Positions 9,591 to 18,484 of a stretch of DNA of 32,000 nt are shown here, piece after piece. The stretch lies in the sequence record OP503989.1. One strand, 5' to 3'. The stretch's first letter is position 1. Each line of letters starts with the position of its first letter. The translations under genes and the position numbers were made by a program. The notes beneath the pieces are model-generated. The model was not told the DNA's origin, did not search any database, and was given only the letters and a program-made list of their open reading frames with translations. This DNA comes from Paenibacillus phage Callan.

Positions 9591-10264
9591 TGGAAATCAG
9601 ACAGATGCTAGTAGGACCTAGCAAATATGGCATCAAATGTCCGAATAAAATGGCACCGAAATATATTACGTTTCACAATACCTATAATGATGCCCCAGCA
9701 GAAAATGAGATTCGCTATATGATCGGGAACAATAACGAGGTTTCGTTCCACGTTGCTGTGGACGATATGGAAGCTGTTCAGGGCATTCCTTTTGATCGAA
9801 ATGCCTGGCATTGCGGAGACGGGAACGGAACAGGAAACCGTCAGTCCATCGGCGTAGAGATTTGTTACTCTAAGTCCGGCGGCAACCGCTATTACAAAGC
9901 AGAAGACCATGCGGCTATTATCATTGCCCAGCTTATGAAACAGTTTTGTATTCCTATTGGAAATGTGGTTCCGCACCAGCACTGGAGTGGTAAATACTGC
10001 CCGCACAGAATGTTAGATGAGGGAAGAGTGCCGAGTTTTATAGAACGTATTAAACAGGCATATGAAGGAGAGGAAGACATGAATAGAACATTACAACTGG
10101 AAGACTGGCAGTGGAAACAGCTTTTTGACAATATGGGGTTAGCCTGGAATGCAGGGAAGTTTACTGATTGGGGTTGGATGGTTAAGATCGAAAACCACAC
10201 CCTTACTGTTGATGAATTGGTATGGCTCAATAACCACATTTTGGTGAGTGGGCTTATAAGGTAG
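9590..10264 (+). CDS. N-acetylmuramoyl-L-alanine amidase (Amidase_2/PGRP endolysin)
   Basis: YITFHNTYNDAPAENEIRYMIGNN..VSFHVAVDD...WHCGDGNGTGNRQSIGVEICYS...VPHQHWSGKYCPHRM. Confidence 0.9.
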   Translation: MEIRQMLVGPSKYGIKCPNKMAPKYITFHNTYNDAPAENEIRYMIGNNNEVSFHVAVDDMEAVQGIPFDRNAWHCGDGNGTGNRQSIGVEICYSKSGGNRYYKAEDHAAIIIAQLMKQFCIPIGNVVPHQHWSGKYCPHRMLDEGRVPSFIERIKQAYEGEEDMNRTLQLEDWQWKQLFDNMGLAWNAGKFTDWGWMVKIENHTLTVDELVWLNNHILVSGLIR

Positions 10265-10735
10265 ATGGTTATGAAAAACCGGATATCGTTGGAGGTGAGC
10301 CATTCGACTAAACTCGATAAGTGGATTGCAGGACGACACTATTTGAAATCCACACCAGCTGGAGCAAGGCTGCGCTTATGGATTCTGGACGATCAGGGGA
10401 ATCGAATAGGGGCAATGATGTGGGGGCGACCCGTTGCAAGAAACTTGGAACAGACATCTTTGCTCGAACTCACAAGAATGTACCTCATTGATGATACGAT
10501 TCCAAACGCAGAATCTAAGGCTCTCTCGCTTGCGAGGAAGTACATCCGTAAACACTTTCCTGATGTAAAGGGACTAGTCGCTTATTCGAGTACCGGGCAG
10601 GGACACGAAGGAATCATATACAAAGCTGATAATTGGTTTATGTTTGGCTTAACCAAGTCGGGTAAATGGTCAAATCGAGACGGTCGCACTGATAGAGACA
10701 CGTCAGGAAAAGTACGGTGGTGCAGGTCACCATAA
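10265..10735 (+). CDS. Mom-like GNAT-fold protein (candidate adenine modification enzyme)
   Basis: HYLKSTPAGARLRLWILDDQGNRIGAMMWGRPVAR...LLELTRMYLIDDTIPNAESKALSLARKYIRKHFPDVKGLVAYSSTGQGHEGIIYKADNWFMFGLTKSGK resembles Mu Mom-family architecture. Confidence 0.6.
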   Translation: MVMKNRISLEVSHSTKLDKWIAGRHYLKSTPAGARLRLWILDDQGNRIGAMMWGRPVARNLEQTSLLELTRMYLIDDTIPNAESKALSLARKYIRKHFPDVKGLVAYSSTGQGHEGIIYKADNWFMFGLTKSGKWSNRDGRTDRDTSGKVRWCRSP

Positions 10736-10752
10736 ACGATTAGGAGGATGCA

Positions 10753-11031
10753 ATGAAAAAGTATCGTAAAAAGCCTGTTGTAGTATCGGCAGGTCGGTGG
10801 TGGAAGGCGGGAGATGTGCCTGATGCCCAAATACGGGAACTTGATCATGACGGGGTTTGCAAAAATATTTGTAGAGTATGTGGAAATTCCATATCTATGC
10901 ATGGACAATGTAAAACGTTAGAGGGGCATCACATCGTCTGCCCAGGTGATTACATCATTCGAGGCGTTAAGGGAGAGTACTATCCATGCAAGCCGGATAT
11001 TTTCACTGAGACTTATGAACTTGTGGAATAA
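10753..11031 (+). CDS. Conserved phage hypothetical protein (MKKYRKKPVVV family)
   Basis: MKKYRKKPVVVSAGRWW...HIVCPGDYIIRGVKGEYYPCKPDIFTETYELV; RBS TAGGAGG at spacing. Confidence 0.7.
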   Translation: MKKYRKKPVVVSAGRWWKAGDVPDAQIRELDHDGVCKNICRVCGNSISMHGQCKTLEGHHIVCPGDYIIRGVKGEYYPCKPDIFTETYELVE

Positions 11032-11043
11032 GGGGAGGACGCT

Positions 11044-11286
11044 ATGAATATAGAAATTACAGATGCTTTACTGGTTGCTGTTATCGTGGGTTTTGTAGAA
11101 ATATCGAAAAGGATGGGGTTACCCGTTCGTTTGGCTCCCGTTCTGTCCGTTATCCTGGGCATCATAGCAGGCGTTGTTTACTTCCCAGGTGATGTGAAGA
11201 CGAGCGTTATGTTTGGTATTATTTCTGGTCTTACTTCATGCGGGCTATATAGTGCTGGTAAGAGTGCAGTAAAGAAAGAACAATAA
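11044..11286 (+). CDS. Phage holin
   Basis: 80 aa, two hydrophobic segments, RBS upstream (AAGGGGAGG), basic C-terminus. Confidence 0.75.
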   Translation: MNIEITDALLVAVIVGFVEISKRMGLPVRLAPVLSVILGIIAGVVYFPGDVKTSVMFGIISGLTSCGLYSAGKSAVKKEQ

Positions 11287-11295
11287 ACATAGTTA

Positions 11296-11372
11296 AACCC
11301 GCGGGCTTTGATATGCTCCCCTTTAGGTAGACAGATGAATGAAGGGGAACATATCACTTTGGCTTGCGGGTT
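11296..11372. other. Long imperfect hairpin (possible terminator or structured RNA) after the late operon
   Basis: AACCCGC(11296)/GCGGGTT(11366), GATATG(11310)/CATATC(11350), TCCCCTT(11317)/AAGGGGA(11342). Confidence 0.55.
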
Positions 11373-11598
11373 ATTTTGCGCTAAGTCTAAGCACAAGTAT
11401 TTTGTTTTGGTCCACCTTTGAAAGATATCTTATGAATTCTTCATTCAGTCTTTTTTGGGATGGTGATGACTTCGATTAATTTAGATTTCATTCGAATTAT
11501 TTTTTTATAGCAGAGGAATCGAATAAACTTGACCAAGAACATTTATATTATATATAATTAAACCATTCGATAAACGAGGAAGGAAATGGTGAAATCGA

Positions 11599-12711
11599 AT
11601 GAATGCTGTTTTGAAGCAATTACCATCCCTTATTAGAGCTTCACTTGACGGTGATAAAAGAACTGTTGAATTGTCGGTTCTGTCGATCATTAGGAAGATA
11701 AAAAAAGAAAATCCACTTTTATCTTCAGAGCTGGCTGAAATTATTACAACTTATAATGCTGGAGCTCCTTTAACAAGATCAATGGGTATTGAGCCTCCTC
11801 CTGTCGATAAGGATTCTTTTATGTCTTTAGTAAAGATAAGTGACTACTCAACTTTTGATCAAACTGTTATTTTAAACGAACAGATTGATAAGTCCATTCG
11901 ACGTTTTTTAAAAGAAAGAGAGCTTATGACAAAGCTAATAGCTAATGGTATTAAACCACCAAATAGTATACTGTTTTACGGGCCACCTGGAGTTGGAAAA
12001 ACTTTATTGACTAAATATGTAGCACATTGTCTGTCTTTACCTTTAATTACTTTAGATTTATCATCGGCAATCTCGAGTTATTTGGGCAAAACAGGTCAAA
12101 ATTTAAAAAAAATTCTAGATTACGGGAAAAATAGTCCATCTATTCTTCTCCTTGATGAATTTGATGCTGTTGCAAAAAGAAGAGATGATCCTTCTGATTT
12201 AGGGGAGTTGAAAAGAATTGTTAATGTTCTGTTGAAGGAGTTGGAGGAGTGGCCGGCACATTCCATCATTGTTGGTGCAACGAATCATCCGGAGTTCCTA
12301 GATAAAGCTATTTGGAGACGGTTTGACTTGAAAATAGAAATACCATTTCCGAATGAGGAGCAAAGGTTTCAACTATGGAAGTTTTATCTTAATAAAGAAA
12401 TTGTTGAAATCGAAGATTCACTTATAAGAGCTGTTGCAAAAGTTATTCAACAAATTAGCCCTTCAGATATTAAACAAATTTGCGACCATGTGTTGCGTCA
12501 AGTTATTGTGGAAGAATCTGATCCTATAAAGTCACTCATAACACGACTTAAAGAAACACATAGTGGAGATAATTCAAGTTTTAATAAAGTTATGACAACT
12601 GCGCTCAAAGAAACATACGGGGGTAAGTTGTCCCAAGCCAAAATAGCAACTTTGTTAGGAATCAGTCCATCTACGGTCAATCATCATTTGAAGAAGTCGA
12701 TTAAAAAATAA
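11599..12711 (+). CDS. ietA: AAA+ ATPase, IetA-like component of an IetAS-like system
   Basis: Walker A GPPGVGKT, Walker B SILLLDEFDA, sensor NHPEFLDKAIWRRFD; C-terminal HTH-like LSQAKIATLLGISPSTVNHHLK; immediately upstream of subtilase. Confidence 0.75.
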   Translation: MNAVLKQLPSLIRASLDGDKRTVELSVLSIIRKIKKENPLLSSELAEIITTYNAGAPLTRSMGIEPPPVDKDSFMSLVKISDYSTFDQTVILNEQIDKSIRRFLKERELMTKLIANGIKPPNSILFYGPPGVGKTLLTKYVAHCLSLPLITLDLSSAISSYLGKTGQNLKKILDYGKNSPSILLLDEFDAVAKRRDDPSDLGELKRIVNVLLKELEEWPAHSIIVGATNHPEFLDKAIWRRFDLKIEIPFPNEEQRFQLWKFYLNKEIVEIEDSLIRAVAKVIQQISPSDIKQICDHVLRQVIVEESDPIKSLITRLKETHSGDNSSFNKVMTTALKETYGGKLSQAKIATLLGISPSTVNHHLKKSIKK

Positions 12712-12730
12712 TTTTGGAAAGGGGATAAAC

Positions 12731-15010
12731 ATGACCGACAAACAAAAAAGAGATTACCTACCTATTTTAGGTAATGGTGAGCAAATGATTGAACCGATTA
12801 AAAAAAAGATGAGGGGGGGTGAAAAGCCATATCCAAGAAGTTATGATGAAGCTAAAAATAGAATAAAAAGACAATTAGAAGAGATACAGGGACACATTAA
12901 AGAAATACCAGAAGAGAACAGAATGGACGAAATAGTTCTGACATTAAGGCTTAACGAAGATTTTCTAGCGAAAACATACATTCCGGACACATTTTTCAAA
13001 AAGACAAGATTTGAAAATATTGGCTCTAGACGTTGGGTTTTTGAGAAGGATTCTAAAATGAAATACAGTAAAATGCATTTTGTAAAGGTTGATCAAGAAT
13101 CATTATCTTCCCTCCAGCAAATTCTTGACTCTACTGGTAATGCTTTGACTAAAAGTTTCAAAAATGATATTCGAAAAATTGAAGAGTTCTCGCTTTTAAG
13201 GAATGATGAAATAATTCAAGGTTTTGACGACGATTGGATGGAAGGAACTGTAGAGTTTGTTCTCCATCCTTATGGTCATGAGAATGAAGAGATGATTGAA
13301 AAGTTTAAACGAAATCTAATATCACTCGGGGTCAAGGGGAATACTATTAAACTTAAAACCTATGATGGTGGACCTACTTTTGTAAGTGCACTCGTCAATA
13401 GAAAGGTTATAAATAATATTGCAAACTTTAACCCATTAAGAACAGTTCATCCACTAAAAATCAATTTTTTTCCTGAATTAAGAGGATCCTTTACTGACCA
13501 TAACTTACTCTTGCCTCCTTTAGGCGAAAACATTTCACAAATAAAGGTAGGAGTTTTTGATGGAGGTATCAATCCTACCCATCCTTTTTTAGCTAAGTTC
13601 AGTAAAGAGAATAAGGCAGTTAGTTCAAATGCGACAAAAGAAGGAATCAAACATGGGACAGCGGTGGCCGGGGTCGTTTTATACGGAGATTTAAATCAAT
13701 ATGAAGCAAATTCGCATTTAGATGACCCAGTTTTGTTTGTTGAAAGTTTTCGAGTACTGCCTTTAAGTGATCCGAAAGATTTTGATCTATACGAAGCCAT
13801 TGAATTTATAGAACAAGTTGTTCCAAATAGACATGACATTGATGTTTATAATTTATCATTTGGACCAACAGGTCCAATATTTGATGATGAAATTTCAAGA
13901 TTTACATATGCATTGGATACATTAGCTTGGAATTACCAGAAACTTTTTGTTGTGGCTGTTGGGAATGATGGAGAAGCACCTTCACCTTATAACAGGGTAC
14001 AGGCTCCAGCAGATTTAGTTAATGGATTAGGTGTAGGGGCGTATACTTTTAATTATGATACTGCTGAACGAATCAGAGCTAGCTACAGTTGTATTGGTGA
14101 TGGAAGAGAGGGATGCAAGGTAAAGCCTGACGTCTGCGCTTTTGGAGGAGATAGTCGATATCCTATTCACCTTATAAATTCTTCAGATTCTAAAGAGAAA
14201 TTGCTTTCTGCTGGCACAAGTTATTCGGCTCCAATTATATCAAGTAAGGCAGCAGAAATTTTAGGAAGGTGTAGCCGATTTACACCACTAGTAGCTAGGG
14301 CATTATTAATACATACAGCTCAGAACCCGAACAGAGTAGATAATAGTATTGGTTATGGAATTATTGATCAAAGTGTTGATGAAATTTTAAAGTGTGACAA
14401 AAATCACGTAAATATTATATATACTAATTCAATGAATCCTACAGGTATGGCAAAGCTTCCGATACCGTTGCCTTTAAATAGTTCAATAACTTCTAATGTG
14501 AATTTTTCATGGACAATTGCAACTTTATCTAAGGCAAATGCTTTACATGTAGAAGATTACACTGAATCTACAATTGAGGACACCTTCTATCCACATGATA
14601 AAAAATACAATTTCACTAAAAAAGATTGTAAAATTGAAACTTTTCATATTGTTGAAGATAAAGATAAAATTCAAGAATTTTTATCTAATGGATACCAACA
14701 ATCATTACTGCCTAAATCCGCTGATACCACAAAATACAAAACTGAATCAGAAAAAAGAAACGAACTAAAATGGGATACAGTGGTAAAAAGATGGAAAAAC
14801 ATGAGAGCATCTTCGTTGGAAAATCCATTTTTGGTTCTTCATGGAATTGGGAGAAATGGAAGTATTGACAGAATTGACTATGCTGTTATTGTTACAATCA
14901 GTATCCCTAAATACAAAGATAACCTATACGAGGAGATTTTAAATGAATTTAAAGTTTTGGAGCCAATAGAAATAAGAAGTAGAAATGAAGTCTTGACTTC
15001 AATAAGATAA
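12731..15010 (+). CDS. ietS: S8 subtilisin-like serine protease, IetS-like component
   Basis: Catalytic triad motifs: Asp in KVGVFDGGI, His in KHGTAVAGVV, Ser in SAGTSYSAPIISSKAAEIL; 19 bp after the ATPase gene. Confidence 0.75.
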   Translation: MTDKQKRDYLPILGNGEQMIEPIKKKMRGGEKPYPRSYDEAKNRIKRQLEEIQGHIKEIPEENRMDEIVLTLRLNEDFLAKTYIPDTFFKKTRFENIGSRRWVFEKDSKMKYSKMHFVKVDQESLSSLQQILDSTGNALTKSFKNDIRKIEEFSLLRNDEIIQGFDDDWMEGTVEFVLHPYGHENEEMIEKFKRNLISLGVKGNTIKLKTYDGGPTFVSALVNRKVINNIANFNPLRTVHPLKINFFPELRGSFTDHNLLLPPLGENISQIKVGVFDGGINPTHPFLAKFSKENKAVSSNATKEGIKHGTAVAGVVLYGDLNQYEANSHLDDPVLFVESFRVLPLSDPKDFDLYEAIEFIEQVVPNRHDIDVYNLSFGPTGPIFDDEISRFTYALDTLAWNYQKLFVVAVGNDGEAPSPYNRVQAPADLVNGLGVGAYTFNYDTAERIRASYSCIGDGREGCKVKPDVCAFGGDSRYPIHLINSSDSKEKLLSAGTSYSAPIISSKAAEILGRCSRFTPLVARALLIHTAQNPNRVDNSIGYGIIDQSVDEILKCDKNHVNIIYTNSMNPTGMAKLPIPLPLNSSITSNVNFSWTIATLSKANALHVEDYTESTIEDTFYPHDKKYNFTKKDCKIETFHIVEDKDKIQEFLSNGYQQSLLPKSADTTKYKTESEKRNELKWDTVVKRWKNMRASSLENPFLVLHGIGRNGSIDRIDYAVIVTISIPKYKDNLYEEILNEFKVLEPIEIRSRNEVLTSIR

Positions 15011-15154
15011 CATTTGAGATTGGAAGATGATTGATAAACGGTTAATCAACGAAAGCCGTTTCACATTAACAAGGTATCTAAATTGCTCCTTTACTTACAG
15101 TAGAGGACTAACAAAGGTTTCGGCTCGCTGAACCCATTAATCAGCGGCCATACG

Positions 15155-15178
15155 AACCAGTCACTTGGCTGGTTTTTT
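15155..15178 (+). terminator. Rho-independent terminator downstream of the protease gene
   Basis: AACCAG-tcacttgg-CTGGTTTTTT. Confidence 0.75.
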
Positions 15179-15264
15179 GTTTGCTTTTATCCTACAATAA
15201 AGCAAGGAAACATTTCCAAGTACATTGATTGATTTTAAAAATTTCACAAAAGAGGTGGAGGATC

Positions 15265-16332
15265 TTGGAGGCAAGTAATCGCTTTTCCAAGTTTATTCCT
15301 GATCGTCTTATTGAGGCCAGAGAAGCTAGGGGGTTTACTTTAACGGATCTAGCGAACATCGTTGAAATATCACATCAGGCAATATCTAAATATGAAAAAG
15401 AAAAAGCTACCCCGAATCATGATACACTTGAGAAGCTTTCTGATGCATTACATGTTCCTGTCACCTACTTTTATAAAAGTTATCCTAAGAAAGTTGATGG
15501 TGTCATTTATTTTAGAAGTATGGCAATGGCTACTCGAAAATCAAAGAACATCCATCTTCATAAGATTAGTTGGATTAAGGAAATTCATAAATACCTGGAA
15601 CAATATTTCAATTTTCCAAAATTGAATGTTCCGCAGTTTATAACAAGACAAGAATATTACCCAACCCCTTTTGAAGAGATCGATCAGATTGCTATGGAAG
15701 TTCGCAAACTCTGGAATTTGGGGAATGGCTCAATCAGTAATGTGGTGTTGCTTTTAGAAAAAGCTGGCATCATTGTATCTCGGGCTCCTTCTTCTTCATA
15801 TAAAATCGATGCTTGTTCGATTTGGGAGCCAGATGAGCGGCCATATGTTCTTTTAAGCAACGATAAAACATCTTCAAGGTCTAGATTCGATATTGCCCAT
15901 GAACTTGGTCACCTCATATTGCATTCGAAATTAAAAAAAAGCGAGTTTAATAAAAAAGAAAACTACAAGCTAATAGAAAAAGAGGATCATCGATTTGCGA
16001 GCGCATTTTTATTACCTGCTCCCAGTTTCGGTAGCGAGATAGTATCAACGTCAATCGAACATTTTATCTCATTAAAAAAGCGTTGGAAAGTATCCATTCA
16101 AGCTATGGCATATAGGGCTAACTCGTTAGGTATCCTCAGTGAACATCAGCATATTTATATAAGAAAGAAATTAGCGAAAAATAATCAATTAATTAAGGAA
16201 CCTTTAGATGGAGGAAATGAACTACCTTTCGAAGAGCCTTCAGCACTTAAACAAGCAATTGAAGCTTTAGTGAATCATAAAATTAAGAATATGCCCTGCT
16301 GGATATACTGGCAAGGCATATTTTCAACTTAA
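15265..16332 (+). CDS. XRE-family HTH plus ImmA/IrrE-family metallopeptidase fusion
   Basis: N-terminal HTH (LIEAREARGFTLTDLANIVEISHQAISKYEKEKATPNHDTLEKLSDALHVP) and Zn-peptidase HELGHLILH; start TTG 15265 preceded by GGTGGAGG. Confidence 0.9.
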   Translation: MEASNRFSKFIPDRLIEAREARGFTLTDLANIVEISHQAISKYEKEKATPNHDTLEKLSDALHVPVTYFYKSYPKKVDGVIYFRSMAMATRKSKNIHLHKISWIKEIHKYLEQYFNFPKLNVPQFITRQEYYPTPFEEIDQIAMEVRKLWNLGNGSISNVVLLLEKAGIIVSRAPSSSYKIDACSIWEPDERPYVLLSNDKTSSRSRFDIAHELGHLILHSKLKKSEFNKKENYKLIEKEDHRFASAFLLPAPSFGSEIVSTSIEHFISLKKRWKVSIQAMAYRANSLGILSEHQHIYIRKKLAKNNQLIKEPLDGGNELPFEEPSALKQAIEALVNHKIKNMPCWIYWQGIFST

Positions 16333-16458
16333 CCACCGTACTATCCATATTATTGTACTTCCCCTATATCCCCTCTCATCTATTCCTAAGCTACAGAAGT
16401 ATGAATACATCTTATGAAGTTCCATTGCAGTTTTTATTGTTCTTTGACACAAGCGATC

Positions 16459-16499
16459 TGGTTGCAAAAACGGGTACATTATAGCAGAATGGTTGCAAA
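16459..16499 (-). repeat. Paired decamer element copy C1: TTTGCAACCA x2 at 31-bp pitch
   Basis: TGGTTGCAAA at 16459-16468 and 16490-16499. Confidence 0.9.
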
Positions 16500-16580
16500 A
16501 GCATAAAGAGGTGGGAAGGGTAAATGAGTAAGTGGTGGTAATCCATGAAAAAAATTTTTTCTTCAAGAAGATGAGTGAAA

Positions 16581-17063
16581 ATGATACAAACAGAAGAAAG
16601 AGCAAAAACAATTCAGGAACCAACCGTCCATGATGTGGCAAAAGCATTTCTTCGCTTGGAATCAATGACTCCAAAAAAGTTGCAAAAGCTATGCTACTAT
16701 GCCTACTCTTTTTATCTTGCTATTTATGAGAAAAAGTTGTTTGATGACAATTTTGAGGCTTGGGTTCATGGACCTGTGAATCCTCAACTGTATACTGAAT
16801 ATCGAGAATATGGTTGGCAAGAGATACCTCAGGAAATCAATTACCCAAATTCCATTATGAAAAATGAACGAGTAAGGGAAATAATTGAAGAAGTATACGA
16901 ATCATACGGACATCTGGATGGTAGCCAATTAGAGTATTTAACACGTCAAGAAGATCCTTGGAAAAATGCTAGGAACCGGTTACAGCCGTATGAATCTTCA
17001 AGAAATGTTATTGATGATGAAGATATTCGTAGTTATTATGTTGGACTCTTGAGAAATTGCTAA
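16581..17063 (+). CDS. Panacea/SocA-like (DUF4065) antitoxin-domain protein
   Basis: TVHDVAKAFLRLE...MTPKKLQKLCYYAYSFYLAIYEKKLFDDNFEAWVHGPVNPQLYTEYREYG is the diagnostic Panacea core. Confidence 0.85.
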   Translation: MIQTEERAKTIQEPTVHDVAKAFLRLESMTPKKLQKLCYYAYSFYLAIYEKKLFDDNFEAWVHGPVNPQLYTEYREYGWQEIPQEINYPNSIMKNERVREIIEEVYESYGHLDGSQLEYLTRQEDPWKNARNRLQPYESSRNVIDDEDIRSYYVGLLRNC

Positions 17064-17080
17064 AGAAAGATTAAAAAAAC

Positions 17081-17137
17081 TCTTGACAAAAGCTCTTTGC
17101 AACCATCTCACCCAAAAACCCTTGTTTTTGCAACCAG
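17081..17137 (+). repeat. 57-bp direct repeat, copy A (contains paired decamer element C2)
   Basis: TCTTGACAAAAGCTCTTTGCAACCATCTCACCCAAAAACCCTTGTTTTTGCAACCAG; one mismatch to 18071-18127; decamers at 17096 and 17127. Confidence 0.95.
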
Positions 17138-17186
17138 TAGAAACCTTACTTAAGTACAATATGGATGGTAAAGCACCATTACAGAA

Positions 17187-17216
17187 AGAGCCTTTGAGGA
17201 AGTACCTCAAGGCTCT
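17187..17216. terminator. Hairpin/terminator-like element
   Basis: AGAGCCTTTGAGG-aagta-CCTCAAGGCTCT (one bulge). Confidence 0.5.
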
Positions 17217-17264
17217 CAGACTGTCGACAGGACGGAAGTCCTGCCTGTTCTAATTTAACTATGG

Positions 17265-17816
17265 TTAAAACAGTTTATTTAATTTGAACGTGATTTTTAT
17301 ACCCTGGTTCTCAAACGTAACATGCTTTACCTTAACGAATTCCAGAAGATGGCCATTCGGTCCGATGGACATAGACGGGAGTTTAACAGAACTTAGCGGA
17401 AGATGAATGCTGCGAATTTTTGCGTCTTTAGGAATGAGTTTTAAAGTACCGTCTTGCCATTCCATTGTATACCAGATATTTATACCTGCGGGAATAGTAT
17501 CTTTATAGAGCAGATTAATGTCTCCTTCCAGTTCATTTCCGTTCAGCTTGAAATCAGCCCCGGTTATTCTGACATCAGGTCTTACATTCGGAAGTTTTGC
17601 AATCTCCTTTTTTGCCAATTGGTTAATTTCATCACTTGATAATACAAGTTCTGTGTTTAAATCTTTGACCATATCTATTATTTTAGATTTCAGAAAAATG
17701 TCCTGATAACGAAGGTCCAGCTCTTTTTGGGGTTTCACGTACCAATAAATGCCTGCTCCAATAAGGATAATAAGCAAAATAAGAATCAATAAAGTCCAAA
17801 ATATTTTTTTCAGCAT
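17265..17816 (-). CDS. Hypothetical single-TM (YpmS-like) membrane/secreted protein
   Basis: MLKKIFWTLLILILLIILIGAGIYWYVKPQKELDL...; probable ATG at 17816 with GAAAGG upstream. Confidence 0.6.
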   Translation of the reverse strand: MLKKIFWTLLILILLIILIGAGIYWYVKPQKELDLRYQDIFLKSKIIDMVKDLNTELVLSSDEINQLAKKEIAKLPNVRPDVRITGADFKLNGNELEGDINLLYKDTIPAGINIWYTMEWQDGTLKLIPKDAKIRSIHLPLSSVKLPSMSIGPNGHLLEFVKVKHVTFENQGIKITFKLNKLF

Positions 17817-17862
17817 ACCGTGCATCCTTTCTTCTATGAATCTTACGAACATTCCCCTAAAG

Positions 17863-17910
17863 AAAAAGAGAGCCACGTTGGTAATTATTTACCTTCGTGG
17901 ATCTCTTTTT
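17863..17910. terminator. Long bidirectional terminator-like hairpin in the leader of the minus-strand membrane-protein gene
   Basis: AAAAAGAGA-g-CCACG-tt-GGTAA-ttat-TTACC-tt-CGTGG-a-TCTCTTTTT. Confidence 0.7.
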
Positions 17911-18070
17911 ATGAACATTGGAAAATGTCCATGCGCACCTTCACCTTCACAAATAGAATGGTAACATACTTTATCTCTGCTGACAAGATTTAACCTGCTT
18001 AAAGTAGGTGGGTGTAAATGGTAGAAATGAATTGTTTGTTTATAAATTTTCAATTAAAACTTAACATATG

Positions 18071-18127
18071 TCTTGACAAAAGCTCTTTGCAACCATCTCA
18101 CCCAAAAACCCGTGTTTTTGCAACCAG
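18071..18127 (+). repeat. 57-bp direct repeat, copy B (contains paired decamer element C3)
   Basis: 56/57 identical to 17081-17137; decamers at 18086 and 18117. Confidence 0.95.
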
Positions 18128-18484
18128 GTAGTTACCAAGGAGAATCCGTTGTTTTTTATGACGGACTTTTCATGCATCAACCATACATTGTCAGCATATT
18201 ATGGTATCACCACCCTTAGACTTCCCCTTTGAGTCCAGGACGGAATTCTTCGTCGTAGGGTGGTACTTCTGGCAAGCAGGAAATAGGCCGCACGGTTTTT
18301 CGCTTAACATCCGGGATTGGACACAAAAGCGATGCCGTGACGGCCTATTTTTTATTCCACAGGTTATTTGTATAAACCATACCGATTCCTCTACGGTAAG
18401 ACTTTCGATTTTACCCCAGTCCAAGAATAGCCCTTTTGTCTAATAAGACACCTTTTCTGCTACCTACAAGCACCTCTTTATGAT

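Noticed and set aside
15362-15625. Alternate-frame ORF inside the XRE-ImmA gene
   Set aside because: Overlaps conserved HTH coding in another frame with no supporting start signal.
17081-17137. TTGACA within the 57-bp repeat considered as a sigma-A promoter
   Set aside because: No credible -10 box at 16-18 bp; TCTCAC occupies that position, so a promoter cannot be asserted.
17081-18127. 57-bp repeats considered as insertion-sequence ends
   Set aside because: They are direct rather than terminal inverted repeats and enclose no transposase.
16459-18127. Tandem repeat elements considered as a type III (ToxI-like) RNA antitoxin
   Set aside because: Only about 1.3 repeat units and no ToxN-like gene downstream.
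18191-18443. Opposing short ORFs in the intergenic region 5' of copy C4
   Set aside because: Mutually overlapping, no convincing RBS, no family resemblance; left as non-coding.
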